Shown here piece after piece: positions 23,311 through 36,242 of a stretch of DNA of 64,000 nucleotides. The notes under the pieces were generated by a model. The model searched no databases. It was not told the origin of the DNA and was given only the letters and a program-made list of their open reading frames with translations. The first letter of the stretch is position 1, and each line of letters starts with the position of its first letter. The position numbers and the translations under genes are program-made. The DNA is from Fistulifera solaris (Eukaryota), in contig AP026167.1 in the NCBI GenBank assembly GCA_030295235.1, positions 496,001-560,000 of the forward strand. The letters run 5' to 3'.

Positions 23311-24018
23311 ATGTTGACTCGAACGACTACCGTAGTGGCCCTCCTGACAGCGTCCGCCCACGCCTTTCCCATTGCCCCACCGAGTCATCGATTATCGACC
23401 ACTAACTTACATATGGGTCTATTTGATGGAGTCAAAGAAGCGTTCAGTGCTCCGGCATTAGAAAGAAGTTCGATCGATGCCGAACGCGAAACGCCGATCG
23501 ATCGATGGATGGGATGGAGTGTCATGTCCGATAAAGAAGTGCAACCACCATCGAAAGTCGCCGGTGAGTGACTAATTTTTGTGAGAATACTCGACTTGTT
23601 TGTCAAAAAAAAGTCATCACTCATATTGTTTCCGCTAGCCAACTTTGTGGACGCCATGGATGAAGCCAATTATGTCGCCGTCGAATTGCAAAAACCCATG
23701 GGCATTGTGTTTGAAGAAAACGACTCGGAATATGGCGGTATTTTTGTACAATCCCTGAAAGAAGGAGGATTTGCGGCCCAGAATGGAGTATTGAAAGAGG
23801 GTGATCAATTGGTAGCAGTCAACAAGGAAAAGGTATACGGTCTACCGTTTGATGATGCCTTGGGTGCGATTATTGATGCCGAGGGTGCTACGACCAAATT
23901 GGTGTTATTCCGGGGTAAGGCTAGTCAATTTTATGGACCGACGGGAGCTAGTAAAGCGTGGTTGGAAGAATTTGTGGGAAAAGGAGGAGTGCCGGCTACA
24001 TCAGTGGAGAGTGCATAA
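23311..24018 (+). CDS. Plastid-targeted PDZ-domain protein
   Basis: ASAHA-F presequence; intron 23564-23638; PDZ motifs 'KPMGIVFEE', '[11 protein letters not shown]'. Confidence 0.85.
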
Positions 24019-24427
24019 GACTATTTGGCCTTCTTCTGCTCGATCTACCCGCTCCGGTCTTTTTTTGTGACATGGCTCCACACTATAATGATTAGAATAT
24101 TAAACATGATTTAGTGTTTTCTCGATGAATATAAAACCTGTCTTTTTTTTCTTACTAGTGCTAAATACGTAAAAAGAAGACTGACGGTAACTCTTGCTAG
24201 GTTCGGATGATCGAGAAGCTAACATTAGTATTTAGAAAGGGGACTACCACGAAAGCTCTACAAATCTAAAAATATTTTTGTTATTGAAATTGATGGTAAA
24301 AATCTTTACTTGGGAGAGAGAAAAACGTACAAAACAGTCAGCGAGTCTCATGAATGCCACCCTATCGACCAGTGTGTTTTGTTACACAGGGCCTGTGCGA
24401 CTGCAGTCAACCCTCAGGAAATACAGT

Positions 24428-25101
24428 TTAAACACAAACTTGAAATCGGGTAACCTTTTGTTTGGCAACCTTATTCCACTGCAAAATTGCAGCCGGCGCT
24501 GAAGGCTTCACTTTCGAAGATGCGGGCCTTCTAGGCCAATGCTCGCGACGAAAACTATCCCACACTTCCAAGGCATCCTGATACGGACTTTGGTATTGCA
24601 TTGGCGATGCTCGATAAAAATTGTAAGCAGGTGTTTGACTGTAACGAGCGGATCGACCCCAGCGATCTTCGTCGCGGTCACGAAAGTGCGGATCCCAAAG
24701 GCAGATGGGGCGGCTGGTGGTAAAGAGATTAGGGTGTTCGGACAACGAGTCGAGGATCCGTAACACGTTGCCGCAGGGGACACCACACCATCCTTCTTTT
24801 GGACGGGCCAATGTACCACGAAGCCACATACTTCGTGTTCTTGGACGAGGTGATGGAAATGAGAAGACACGGACTGTTTCAAACGTTTCTCGCACCCGAT
24901 TTTGACAGATTCCAGACGCAGTGGCGGTAGCACTCGTGGTGCCTCACCCCGTTGGGGACAAGTCGCCAGCATGAGCTCCATTTTATCTTTCAAGATGACC
25001 ATGTTGAGAAGGCTCGCGGAAGATGATCTCGCCGAAAACCACGAAAAGGATCGTGCGACCAAAGTCGGCGCTGTCAGCTTGGTCGTAATTGATGCTCTCA
25101 T
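24428..25101 (-). CDS. YqgF/RuvX-like (RNase H fold) protein, degenerate active site
   Basis: Two overlapping ORFs joined at a homopolymer near 24798; 'GFVVHWPVQK.EGWCG..VLRILD..RPICLWD'; paralog of 31069-31740. Confidence 0.55.
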
Positions 25102-25770
25102 TTTTTAATAGGCATTCTTGGACTGCTCGATAGTCTCAAATGCATAAGAATTATTGTGGGCAGGAACGAATCAATTGATTTCGTGAGAAGTGATGTGTGT
25201 GGTTCCTTTTCCATTCCCTATTGTGGCTCTCTTTTTCTTCCTGTGAAAGGTCGGAATTGGATTCGCGACTATACGATCATAGTGTGGCCACCGCGCACAC
25301 AAGAAATTCTCACAGACGGAATCTTGACCATTTACACTTTACATCAGAGTCGAGTCCCGAGAGCCGTTGGAGGTTGTTTTCAAACTGCGCTGTGCGGGTT
25401 TGGAGCGAGACGAAGTGACGAAGCACTTGGACAAAATCACGGCACTTTTTGAATTCTTGTTCGCGCCTATGAGTATTCTACGTTGAGAACTTGTGCGACA
25501 CAGTTCAGACATGTTTCTTATGCTTCGTGACTGAACGGGACGGCGCGCACTGCGCGAAGTGAAAAAAGGTCGTCATTGCGGGCATTAACCCGGACGAAAG
25601 TCGAACGTTCACCAAAGACAAAACAAACAACAACAACGTTGTACGGCAACAAACGGCTCATCATTCAAGAACGATTATTGCTATAGGTAGAAAAGGTTCT
25701 CGTACGGGTGAAAAAGGCAATCGTAACTACACTCAAACGAACCCAATCTATTACTCAATTATCAGCAATC

Positions 25771-28220
25771 ATGGGTCTCAAAATATGGCGACGATGCTTC
25801 GCTGTAGCTTCCATCGTGTTAGTACTCCCCATGATGCTCCGTTCGATATGGATGGTCGTCGATCACGAGTCGGATTTACTCTTACAAGCGCTAGATCGTC
25901 GGGCAGCTGCTCCGTATCATCATCCTAAAGCTTCTTTACCCGAATCCATGCCGGAATCGGCCGTGTGTCTCATGATCATGGACGACAATCACTTTCTCGT
26001 CGAATGGGTTGCGTATCATTATCACGTCTGGAATCTGCGTTCGCTGGTCGTTCTCAATGACGAAAAATCCATCAACTCCCCACGAGAAGTTTTAGATCGA
26101 TGGAAAGGACTGATTGATATTGTATACTGGGAAGACAAAGATTTTGGATTTGTGCCGGGGGAAATTTATACACTCAACCATGGACCGCTCGCCCGCACCG
26201 GATTAAAACTGCGTGTCTATCAAGAACGACAAGCTCTGTTTTACGGAAAGTGCGTACGGTACTTATATGAACATGCGCCGGCGGCTGATTGGGCTATGTT
26301 GATTGATACAGATGAGTTTGTGGCTTTGCCCGAAACGAAAGCGAACACCGATGAGGTCAATCCTCTCTTTTATGAACCCGGTGGCCTGGCGCGTCATTTT
26401 GAATCACTCGCTAAAACAAAAGAAAGTAAAGGTGTATGTTTGAAACTGCACCGCAGGGAATACGGGTCGATTGAAAGTTCACCAGCGGATGTGCAACGGC
26501 GTGTGCCGCCGGGATGGAACGGTACCGACTTTTTCACGACACGGTGGCGTTATGTCAGCTCCCACAAGCGTCGACGCCTGGCGGGAAAATCCATTGTGTT
26601 ATTAAATCACACCAAGTGGTCATTAGATGACTATCCCACCGTCACACACACATTGGGCCATGAATACAAAGAGGGGTGTCTGGTGCAGAATGACTTTCGT
26701 GTCTACCAGTACACGGGCTCCAAGGAACAGTTTTTGTCCAAAACGCAAGACACCCGATCGTCGACGTACCGGGTACAGCAATTTGAGTTACGCAAAGGAA
26801 ATGAGACGGATTCGACTGTGGTGGACCACTCGCGCGATTGGCTGAGTGGTTTTGTGGCATTGATGGGCCCCGATCAAGCCAAGATATTACTGAAAGATGC
26901 TGGTTCAACAACCGTCTGGCATGACGTCAATGAAGAACCCAAAAACATACTGGAATGGATGTTTGGAATTCATCCTATTTTGACTTGGGGTCATGTCGAC
27001 CCTCCTCAGCCCGAAATTGCGACTGCGGAAGCGATCGAAGAGGCTCCTCCTCAAGCTACGAGCTCCTGCGGAGCCAACTAGTGAGACAACGACTCCTCCT
27101 CCATCACCGCCAATGAAAACGGAAGTTACCCCGGATCCGTTTGAAATGGAGCGATCACAAGAGCATCCAAAGCACGCTGTCTTCTACAACGTTTTCGTGA
27201 GCCCTACCGAAAAGATATCACCATTCCAAGCGGCATAGTCTTGGAACAATTGCAACAGATTGGTGAATCCTATGCAGCATCCGCCGGTGGCTTGCATGTT
27301 TACTACAATACAGTGGGAAACTCGATTTTGCTGGAAGGTTCGGTCGCGGATAGTATTAAAGCAAAATGCAATGAGCTTGGGCTGACTTGTGTTCATTTGG
27401 CGCATTACCGAGAAGGCTTTGAGGAACTGACGCTACAGAAAGTGCACGAATTCTGCACCGCATACCCCGACCGTCAAGTTATTTATCTACACAACAAAGG
27501 ATCTTACACACAAGAGATCAAGAGAGATCGTTGGCGACGACATATGACGCGCGCCGTTACTGACAAACTCTGTCTAGATCACATGGACGAATGCACGACA
27601 TGCGGGTTGCTGTTTCAACCCATTTTCACATTCTTTTTCCCGGGAAATTTCTTCATCTCCCAATGCAGCTACGTGAGTCGTTTGATAGCACCAAACGAGT
27701 TTGAGGCGAAGTCTGACGTAATGCTGACAAGTCGTCCGAAGGAGCTAATGGGTGTTATATATCCAGAGACAAAAGTAACTCGTGGAGAAAAGCGATGGGC
27801 TATGGAGCACTGGATTGGCTCTCATCCTTCAATGGTCCCTTGTCATCTTTCCACTCACCCAAGTATCTTGCAATGGATGAAGAGCGACACAGGCCTTCAG
27901 TTTCAATTTATGAATGCCGCCAAGCTTCCACTTATTTCCCGATGGTTGAAGAATGATGTTAGCAAAATGAGGGGTATACTAAATGATCCGGCTTCGAGAA
28001 AACGTGAGGCCGGTCTTCTCGGGGGTCTTCTTTGGAAATGGCATTCTTTTATCAAGAAATTCCCCCGGAGGACTCATGGATATGGAATTACTTTCCGGAT
28101 GGAAAAGAGTGGCATCAGTTGATCGAGGCTCATCCCAATGTTTCCGAAGCGCTACAAGTGGCATGGCAAGAAGGTCCTCCATCACAACAATGGTTAAAGA
28201 TGGTGAAAGCTTCAGGTTGA
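25771..28220 (+). CDS. Type II membrane GT-A/GT92-like glycosyltransferase fused through a Pro-rich linker to a second uncharacterised domain
   Basis: N-terminal TM; 'CLMIMDDNHFLVEWVAYHY', DxD 'IDTDEF'; four ORF pieces join by single-base shifts (~27050, ~27212, ~28060); second domain 'YLHNKGS', 'FPGNFF', 'EHWIGSHP'. Confidence 0.6.
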
Positions 28221-29755
28221 TATATTTATTCGCTATGATTCGTTGCTCATAGAAAAGCCTATAGACAGTCGATTTCGTCTACTCGATTCAAACATAACCC
28301 AATACTCGGTACAAATTTGATGCCGAACCAAAGTATGAAAGAAATGGATTCAGTGGCGTGAAGTGTGCTGTCGAGTGCTGTATCAAGGGAAGAAGCTCAG
28401 CAATGATGAAATTCCATTAGAACCGGCCCCTATAATTTCCGCGCCCTATACGTCTTCATACCAATTCTGCTAAGATGCTTTGTTTGAAATCCCTTTATTA
28501 TTGACAAGGCATTGAATCGGGTCGTGTTGCTTCGAGAACAACAAAGAAGGGCGACGTTACATGCGAACGCTGGTTGATTGTTTAATACGAAAGCGGAAAG
28601 AAGGTTTTACACGTCCAAATGCTTTCGTCTAAGTGAGGTGCCTACCGATGGCAACCATCCGCAACTCGTACCCCGACACATCGTCGCGAAAACTTTTTAA
28701 CCCCTCGCCTACGGGTCGGCACATATTTTCTGTTCGAAGTCATAAATTACATCACGAATAGAAAATACTCAAGTTGATATTTACTTTCTGATCCTTCACT
28801 TATTTGACAATGGGATCATGCATGTACGTTGGGGACTTTTCTGTCTGTAGCACTTTCCGGTAGTTGCTTGACCTGAATCTCAAAGCCTTCGAGAGTGGTT
28901 CCTTGCATCAATCTCCTAAGGATGCAAGATGATGAAGAGCATTCCCCCTCTACTGGATCTGCTATACTGTCATGAGGGATCGTCCATGTTGCCGATTGCA
29001 TATATTTTGCCTCGTTTTCGCAACCGTGATCGCGTCGACCGGTGGTTTTCTTTTGCCTTCGTTCAGTTACCTTCCGTAACTTGTTGCTGATCAGGTCGCA
29101 TGTGCTTTGTGATCTCATTGTCTATACCAGGTAATTTTCATCAGGATGCCCATCCAACGGTGGTCCATTCTGAACGACTTGATGAATGTGTTTCTTTCCT
29201 TGCTAGAATCTTTTTTCCCTTCCGTGTTCCCCAATAATTAATTCATTCGTTAAGATGATATTCTTGTTATAAAATACTCCGTATTGCGAAATACGCAATA
29301 TCGTTTCCTCTATAAAACGCTCGCAACACCGTGCATCGACGTTATTGTTAATAAGGTAATCGGGAGTTGCAAAATGAATTAGGGTTATCGAGCTTAAAAG
29401 TTGGATAACCTTAACAGTTTGAATGATGGACGTTTTCGCTTAAGAATTTTGGTCTCTGCCAATGACTACAGTAAAGATTTGGTTTTAGATTGCTAAGTAT
29501 AATCCATGTCGAGTGTTTTTAAAGTAAAATCCGTTTATACGTACTTCGGGGTAGCACGAAGCCCTTTGTACAAAGTATGGAAGGAAAAAAGGAGACCGTC
29601 GAAATGTTTCGTTCAGTCATCTTTGTCGTCTTTGGTTTTTCCCTTTCGATGAACTTCGATATTAACTGTGATATCTTTTCAAACTGGAGAAACCAAGAAG
29701 TGAAGTTTTGTGGTCAAAAGGGCAAGCCTAACGTTTCGCCGTCTCTAAACTTGTC

Positions 29756-30803
29756 ATGGTTGCCGTGAGGCCTTCTCGGTCACTGATCGGTGGCGGTCGC
29801 ACTTCACCGCCAAGGTGTACATGTACTCTTCTCATACTATTTTCACTGACGCTTTACTACTGGACGTTTATTGACATTGATAAGAGTATCAAATTATCCA
29901 TAGAAACCAGCAGTCCAGCGGCAGCACCTATAACAATGGAGGTCGACCCTGCAGAACTCGACGCTGCTCGCACTTACATTCGATCTATAAAACGCTTTGG
30001 TCGAGCCTTGAAATTCCTCCACATACCGAAAAATGCAGGATCTGCCATTGAAGAAGTGGCGGGTGGAGCACGTCCTCAATATTGGGGAGGATGTCTCTTC
30101 AAACACAAGCCAAAGGTACGTGATACGTGATAGAGCGACAGGATGCTTCGCATGTGATAAAATAGCCATTTTCTTATTTGCTACCTTCCTTTCACACAGC
30201 GAAAATCATGTGTCTATCCCCCAGGAGGATGGTGGCCGGAACATGTCGCTTGGTGGCATATTCCGAGTCAGTTTTTCCCATTGGAGAACGTCGATCCCTA
30301 TGCGGATGCCGACGTGTTTGCTGTTTTACGAGAACCACTCGATCGAATCTTATCCGAGTTTTATTACGTATGTTCACTTCGTCATGAAGATTGGAGACCC
30401 TATCAGTGTGACGAAAAACGACTCTTTGAACCGGAATATCTGAATGATTGGTTGCAACGAAAGATACAGGCGCAGCCCCAAACCCCGTCGGCCGAGCGCT
30501 ATCTTATGGATTTTGGCCATTTCACACCACAATCGGAATTTATCTTTGGTCCCAACGAAGTGCGAATGGTTGACTTTGTTTTATTTATGGATGATTCCTT
30601 TGATAGATCTTTCGACCAACTCATGGCGGCATTCGGATTATCCGATATCAAGATAAAAAAAGTTCAACGCGCTCGGTGCCAAAGAAAGAACGGTAGATAC
30701 ACATTTAAATGTGACGCATCTCGATCGTCAGACCTTGTCGGTTTTTAATTCGAGATATGCGGAAGATTTTGCCTTGTTCAATACCACTTTAGAAGTGCGT
30801 TAA
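29756..30803 (+). CDS. Golgi-type carbohydrate sulfotransferase family protein
   Basis: TM anchor; 5'-PSB 'HIPKNAGSAI'; 3'-PB 'REPLDRILSEF'; 'HFTPQ'; C-terminal 'YAEDFALF' after correcting the A7 at ~30655; intron 30116-30199. Confidence 0.8.
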
Positions 30804-31068
30804 CAATAGACTCTCCTCCAAGAAGGTGGGTAGGACAACAAAGGGGGGAAATGAAATTCAAACGAAGTGTCAGTATAGCTGACGTTTCGTCATCCCGGCT
30901 TGCTAGCAGCTAATATGATTGTTTGTAGAAAGAAAAGGTACGAGGTATTTGAATAGTTGTATTGAAATCTATGTCTATTGTATTATTTATTGTATTCTAA
31001 GGGTGTATTCTCGATGCGTCATCTCTATCTTTCGCATCGAACGGACTGTATTGGGTCTATCATCATGC

Positions 31069-31740
31069 TTATGAGGACGCGAAGACCTTTTTGGGGTTCG
31101 CTTGAGCCACGAACGCCAACTGTGCCGGACGCTCGGAGGAAACTCTGGCGGCATAGAGCGGTTGGGACACCTCTGGAAAGTGAGCAGCACAGTAGTCGCT
31201 CCAAATGTCGGCCGCAACGTACTTGGGGTCTTTGTACTGTTCTTTCGAAGCCACATGCAGGGACTTTTTCGTGGATCGACTGTACAGAGCCGTGCGGCCC
31301 CAGTCGTCCTCCGGGAGCGTGTTGTGCTCTTCATCCCAAAGACAGATGGGTCGATTCTGGTTCACAACTCGCTTGTTCGTTGCCAACTGATCGAGTGTGT
31401 GCAAGACTTTTCCGGCCGGTTTGCCGACCCATCCCTCTTGTTGGACGGGCCAGTTCACCACCATGCCGCAAACGTTGAATTTCTGCAGTACATCCGCGAG
31501 TTCATTTCCGACCTCGGCTTTGAGCGTCTTTTTGTTTGCGACAGTCTCGTAGCGGAGGGGAATGGAAGGAAGCTGCTGAAGAGGTTCATCGAATTCCGGG
31601 TGCGAACCCAAAGTGAGATCGATTTTATCTCCGGTAATGGAAAGGTTGAGAAGGGTCTTGCCAGCGGTCTTTCCCCAATCCAACGCGTGTGCGACGGCAC
31701 TGGGTGATTTCAAGAAGGATGTAATTGATCGAGTTGCCAT
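31069..31740 (-). CDS. YqgF/RuvX-like (RNase H fold) protein, degenerate active site
   Basis: 223-aa ORF; 'GMVVNWPVQQEGWVGKPAGKVLHTLDQL..ICLWDE'. Confidence 0.6.
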   Translation of the reverse strand: MATRSITSFLKSPSAVAHALDWGKTAGKTLLNLSITGDKIDLTLGSHPEFDEPLQQLPSIPLRYETVANKKTLKAEVGNELADVLQKFNVCGMVVNWPVQQEGWVGKPAGKVLHTLDQLATNKRVVNQNRPICLWDEEHNTLPEDDWGRTALYSRSTKKSLHVASKEQYKDPKYVAADIWSDYCAAHFPEVSQPLYAARVSSERPAQLAFVAQANPKKVFASS

Positions 31741-32600
31741 TTTACTTTAATCTATAAATTCTATATTGTTTTTCTATTGTTTATGATGATTCATTCATGA
31801 GATGTTGCGCTCATGTTACTCGCGGGGTATTGTTGCTTCGTTGTTTGATTTGTGGCTATTCGAGCGGGCGAGACGCGAGAGCGTTTTGCGGTTCAATCTT
31901 GCACCGCGGCATCGACCGGAGAGAATCTCGTGTCATTCCATAGATTCATGACCCAAGTACACAAAAAGCTATACACGGAGAAGGCCTAAGTCATGAAACC
32001 GAATCGGAGTTGACAGCTATTTTCTCTATGAGGTGTCAAGATGTCGACCATGGCCGGCACGCGCCAAGCTTCCAGGTAGACAGTAACAAGCGTGCGTGGA
32101 TGTCGATAAGTGGCGACTGCTACTTTTTGTCAGTGAGTCGGACCTAGTCAAGAAAGACCCAACGGATGAGGCGGACTATATCTTTGAATCGCGGTCGACT
32201 CCGTAGAAAACCACGACCAAAAAACGGACGCCGCCAGATCGATGACATCTTGGACTTGGCGACGTCATTATTTTGCGGGTTTCGTTTTTGACGCTCTTGA
32301 CTTGAAAAGACTTTTGACACTTAACACTGACCATGCCATAGAAACTGAGATATCCTTCGACACCTTGGACACCTAGATCTCATCAACGTCCACGTCGGTC
32401 GGTCTCTTCTGTTTTTTTTGTTCAAATTGTCCGTGACTTTTCACCGCGACTAGGATTCAATCATAAAAAGTCCTCTCACTGCGTGCTGCGTGCACACCCG
32501 CCAGCTCCCATCCGTTCTGCAAGCTCTAGGTTTATTGCGATCTGCAATGACCTTCAGCAACATGAAAATCATCAGCAACAACGCACGACTCGACGCTTTC

Positions 32601-33071
32601 TACGTCAAAAGTCCACTTCGATCGGTTTCTTTCGTTTCTACTATGGACCCAAAGTGAAAGCGACCTTTCATCAAGACTGGAATCCAGTCATGAATGAAAA
32701 TAAAAATAAAATTGCGAGTTTGAGAGATCTCCGTCCTGTGTGCAAGCTATGTAGAGTTCCTCTCACTGGTTTATGGCGATGACCTCTGGTTGAGCTATTG
32801 GAAGTGTACTAGAGACACAAAGTACGTCGAAAGTCCACTTCGATCGGTTTCTTTCGTTTCTAGCGACCTTTCATCAAGACTGGAATCCAGTCATGAATGA
32901 AAATAAAAATAAAATTGCGAGTTTGAGAGTAATGAAAATGTGCGACATGGAATATCGAAGTACAAGCTCACTGATTTCCGTCCGGTGTGCAAACTATGTA
33001 GAGTTTCTCTCACTGGTTAATGTCGATGTCCACTGGTTGAGCTATTGAAAGTGTAGTAAAGACACAAAGTA
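32601..33071. repeat. Tandem duplication of a ~220-250 bp non-coding unit
   Basis: 32601-32824 vs 32823-33071 share long identical blocks (AAAGTCCACTTCGATCGGTTTCTTTCGTTTCTA; GCGACCTTTCATCAAGACTGGAATCCAGTCATGAATGAAAATAAAAATAAAATTGCGAGTTTGAGAG) separated by indels. Confidence 0.92.
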
Positions 33072-33573
33072 AGTGCCCACTAGATTATACCAAGACTGGA
33101 TCAAGCCCTAATCATGAGTCGAGATTTACTCCGTAGAATAGTAGATCTTTGTTTAGATTGAAAAGCTATAAAGTTAGTATAGCTTTCTTCATTGAGGAGA
33201 TAGAGAGATAATTCCCTTGCCATTGTTGGTAGTTGGTCTACTAAGCTTGTAAGAACACAGTTCTCTTGGAATCTCTAATGTGATAAATAATAACTTAAAA
33301 GGGGGTGAATTAAACAATCTTAGTTTGTAAGCCTGATCATGCATTTCATCGAAGGCTAATGCTTGTAGTAAACCAATTGTCGGTCAAGGCAAGTAACTGA
33401 TGCGATGTATATATCTCTGCGTGTTGTCTACTTCACGAATCAATACATGTCAAGTGTCAAGATGGTCATATCAACCCTCGCAAATGGCTGAACTCCGACT
33501 GATCTATTTGCAAGGCATCTCATGCGTTCTCGAGGCATCACTAATATCAATACCGGAACCAGTTGATCCAAAT

Positions 33574-34380
33574 TCATCCAACTGCAGGTTGTTTACAGAT
33601 TGGGCATAGGGCGCGATCTGCTAGCCATCGGTCAATACAGTTGCTGTGGAAGCTATGAAGACAGGGGACAGTCCGAATCAGCTCACCAATCTGATAGTTT
33701 TCTAAGCAGATAGCGCATCGAGATTGGTGATGGTCCATACTCTTCAAAATGTCGTCCGTGGGTGTCAATGTTCTCGACGGCAGTCGCCTGATTTCCTCTG
33801 GACTGGCACCCATCTGATTCAACAAAGCTCCCACCGCCGGTCCGGCTTCCTCATTGAACTGCAAAAGACTATCATAGTCTTCACCGGTCATATCCCTTTC
33901 GCGCATAACCAATCTTAGACTTTCAACACTCATCGGACGCTGCCCATGGAACCGTCGTAGTGTATTGAGTCCATCCACCCAATCCAGAAAGCGCTGTTCG
34001 CGCTGCTCTCGAAGTAAGCGTTGGGCGCGTCGCTCCAGTCGACTGCGGGCGGCGCCGGGTAGCCAAATACGAATCAAAAATCGTGTCAAAATGTTGAGTG
34101 AATATAAAATGAGGGCCACATCCACAAGTCGGCTTGCTAACGACTTGCTTTTTCCTGTTTTCACCTCCGCATCGGGTGGTGCTGTACTGTTTCTTTCTGC
34201 CTCATAATGCATTTGCTTCTCGGCATTCATTTTGAGAATAACATCGCGACTTCGATCTGGAGAAAAAGAAAAGAAAGTGTACGTGTAGAGAACCAAACAA
34301 GATGCCAACCCAGCGATGTAGAGAGCTCGTTTCCAGGGCGGCGTGCGTTGCCGCAAAGCTTGCCATCGAGACGTGCTCAT
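33574..34380 (-). CDS. Transmembrane RING-H2 E3 ubiquitin ligase
   Basis: C-terminal CAIC..VPCLHSFHSNCIDRWL..CPIC; two hydrophobic segments. Confidence 0.9.
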   Translation of the reverse strand: MSTSRWQALRQRTPPWKRALYIAGLASCLVLYTYTFFSFSPDRSRDVILKMNAEKQMHYEAERNSTAPPDAEVKTGKSKSLASRLVDVALILYSLNILTRFLIRIWLPGAARSRLERRAQRLLREQREQRFLDWVDGLNTLRRFHGQRPMSVESLRLVMRERDMTGEDYDSLLQFNEEAGPAVGALLNQMGASPEEIRRLPSRTLTPTDDILKSMDHHQSRCAICLENYQIGELIRTVPCLHSFHSNCIDRWLADRALCPICKQPAVG

Positions 34381-34602
34381 TGGAGTACCCTAGTTTATAC
34401 CAAAACTGTATTCATGTTGCGATTGAATGGTGTAATAAATTCTTATACTCGAGTATTTGTTTGTTGTCAATCATTCGCGCATTATTGCCGTCGCTGGTCG
34501 TTGGTCGTGAAATCGTACCGGTACTTGGGTTATCTGGTGTACAAGTCGGGGGGGTATTTATTAGCATAAAAAAACAAAGATCATGAATATTAGTAATCTC
34601 AG

Positions 34603-35430
34603 TTATTTTATGTTCCCTCGAACTGATTCTGCCTTGAGATTCAAAGGTTTGCCCGACTTTGAGTTCGTTATTGCCGCATTCTTCGATCTGCTTGCTTCGG
34701 CGTCGGATACTATTTTCTTTTCCCTCTCTGCTAATGCTTTGACTAACTTTCTCATTTTCTCTTTTTCGCGCTCGATGGCTTCTTCCGCTTTCTTTTGCTC
34801 TTCTTGTATCCGCTTGTCGGCTTCTTTCCGAACCTTGTTTTCGGCTGCCATGACAGCTTCATTCTTTTCGGCAATCAGTTGTGCCTTTTGTTCGGCGAGT
34901 GCCTGGTCCAGGCGCTTTTCCATCAAATCTTTGTACTCATCCAGTTTTGTAGCAAGACTAGCATCAAACTTTTCTCTCAATAGCGCAATTTCCTTCTCAT
35001 AAGCTACTTTCAATTGAGCCTCATCGACGTCGCGGCCACTCAGCTGCTTCTTAAGCTCCTCCACTTTGGCTTTTTCTGCTTCGAGCATATTCTCCAACTC
35101 ATTCCTGATTTCTTCTAATTTCAGTGACTCTTTTTCTAATTGTTGCAACTGCTGTTTCAATTCTTCTACTTGTTCGTTGAGCTTATTGCGCACCGACGAT
35201 AGCGACCGATCGTTCAATTTGGCATTGGCAATTTGCAATGCTTTGATCTGTTGTCGAAGTTGAACCATCTCATCTTGATACTGACGCACTCTCTTTTCTA
35301 AGCTCTGTTTTTCTGACTTAATTTGCTTCGAATAGCTGGGTTTGGAACCCAGAAACGGAATGCTCCAACCGGCCGAGATGGGTTGCGTCATTGCGGCCAG
35401 GCAAAGGAGTTGAATGTAGACTGTTCTCAT
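34603..35430 (-). CDS. Signal-peptide-bearing coiled-coil protein (hypothetical)
   Basis: 275-aa ORF; hydrophobic N-terminus; E/K/Q/L heptad-rich body. Confidence 0.7.
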   Translation of the reverse strand: MRTVYIQLLCLAAMTQPISAGWSIPFLGSKPSYSKQIKSEKQSLEKRVRQYQDEMVQLRQQIKALQIANAKLNDRSLSSVRNKLNEQVEELKQQLQQLEKESLKLEEIRNELENMLEAEKAKVEELKKQLSGRDVDEAQLKVAYEKEIALLREKFDASLATKLDEYKDLMEKRLDQALAEQKAQLIAEKNEAVMAAENKVRKEADKRIQEEQKKAEEAIEREKEKMRKLVKALAEREKKIVSDAEASRSKNAAITNSKSGKPLNLKAESVRGNIK

Positions 35431-36242
35431 TGTCTTGTACTCGTAATCTCAGACACTTGTTCGTTCTCAAAGTAAAGACGCAATTATTTTTCCGCCTGCA
35501 AACTGTTAGCTAACTTGGGAACAATGAATGCTTGGCGTTTACAACCCAGCTTGTGCTATTTGCTTGTTGTTGTCCTTGCAATGCGTTTCGCAAAACGCCA
35601 TCACCCTCTCAAATTTGGCGACGCACGGACGCGCTCTTGAATGGCTTACTACTATGTACTCTTTGTTGTACAATTGCCAGAGTTCCATGTGGCACTCGAC
35701 CGCGAAGCCCAATTATTCATCTTTCTAAAGCAGTGCTTGCACTGGAAATAAAGGGCGGCTTGCGTACTTCAATTTAACAACAGAATCAATGAAAGAAACT
35801 TTACATGGGCTAGATGGATTATCGAAAAGTTAGTCGAAAATCATCAGAGCGTGGCCATCTTATTTATTACGGAGTAGTCAAGTACGGAGTAATGTTTGGG
35901 ATGATGATTCTTCATGTGGAAGTTGATGCCAGGACTGCAGTGTTGTTCAGTCACACGTCAAGACTACACTTTGGCAGATAGTTTACATAAAATGTATCTA
36001 GAGATTGTGGATTCCAGATTCCCTGAGAAATAACCGTCACTTAACGAGTGTCTTCGCAAACCCGAATCCAAAATCCTTCCCTTTCTCTGTGTCGACACTC
36101 GCGAGCGACGACGAAGAATTGTTTCTCTCCATCGGCTGATGGGGTCTTATTGCATTGTACGAATACCAAAAGACGTGCATACTGTCTTTCTTCATTGAAA
36201 CAATCCGATCACTATTATCATACATAGCAATAATTTCCTAAG

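Noticed and set aside
28260..29300. Possible gene or decayed gene (100-aa ORF 28816-29118)
   Set aside because: The frames I read are interrupted by stops and show no recognisable motif; cannot support a call without a translated search.
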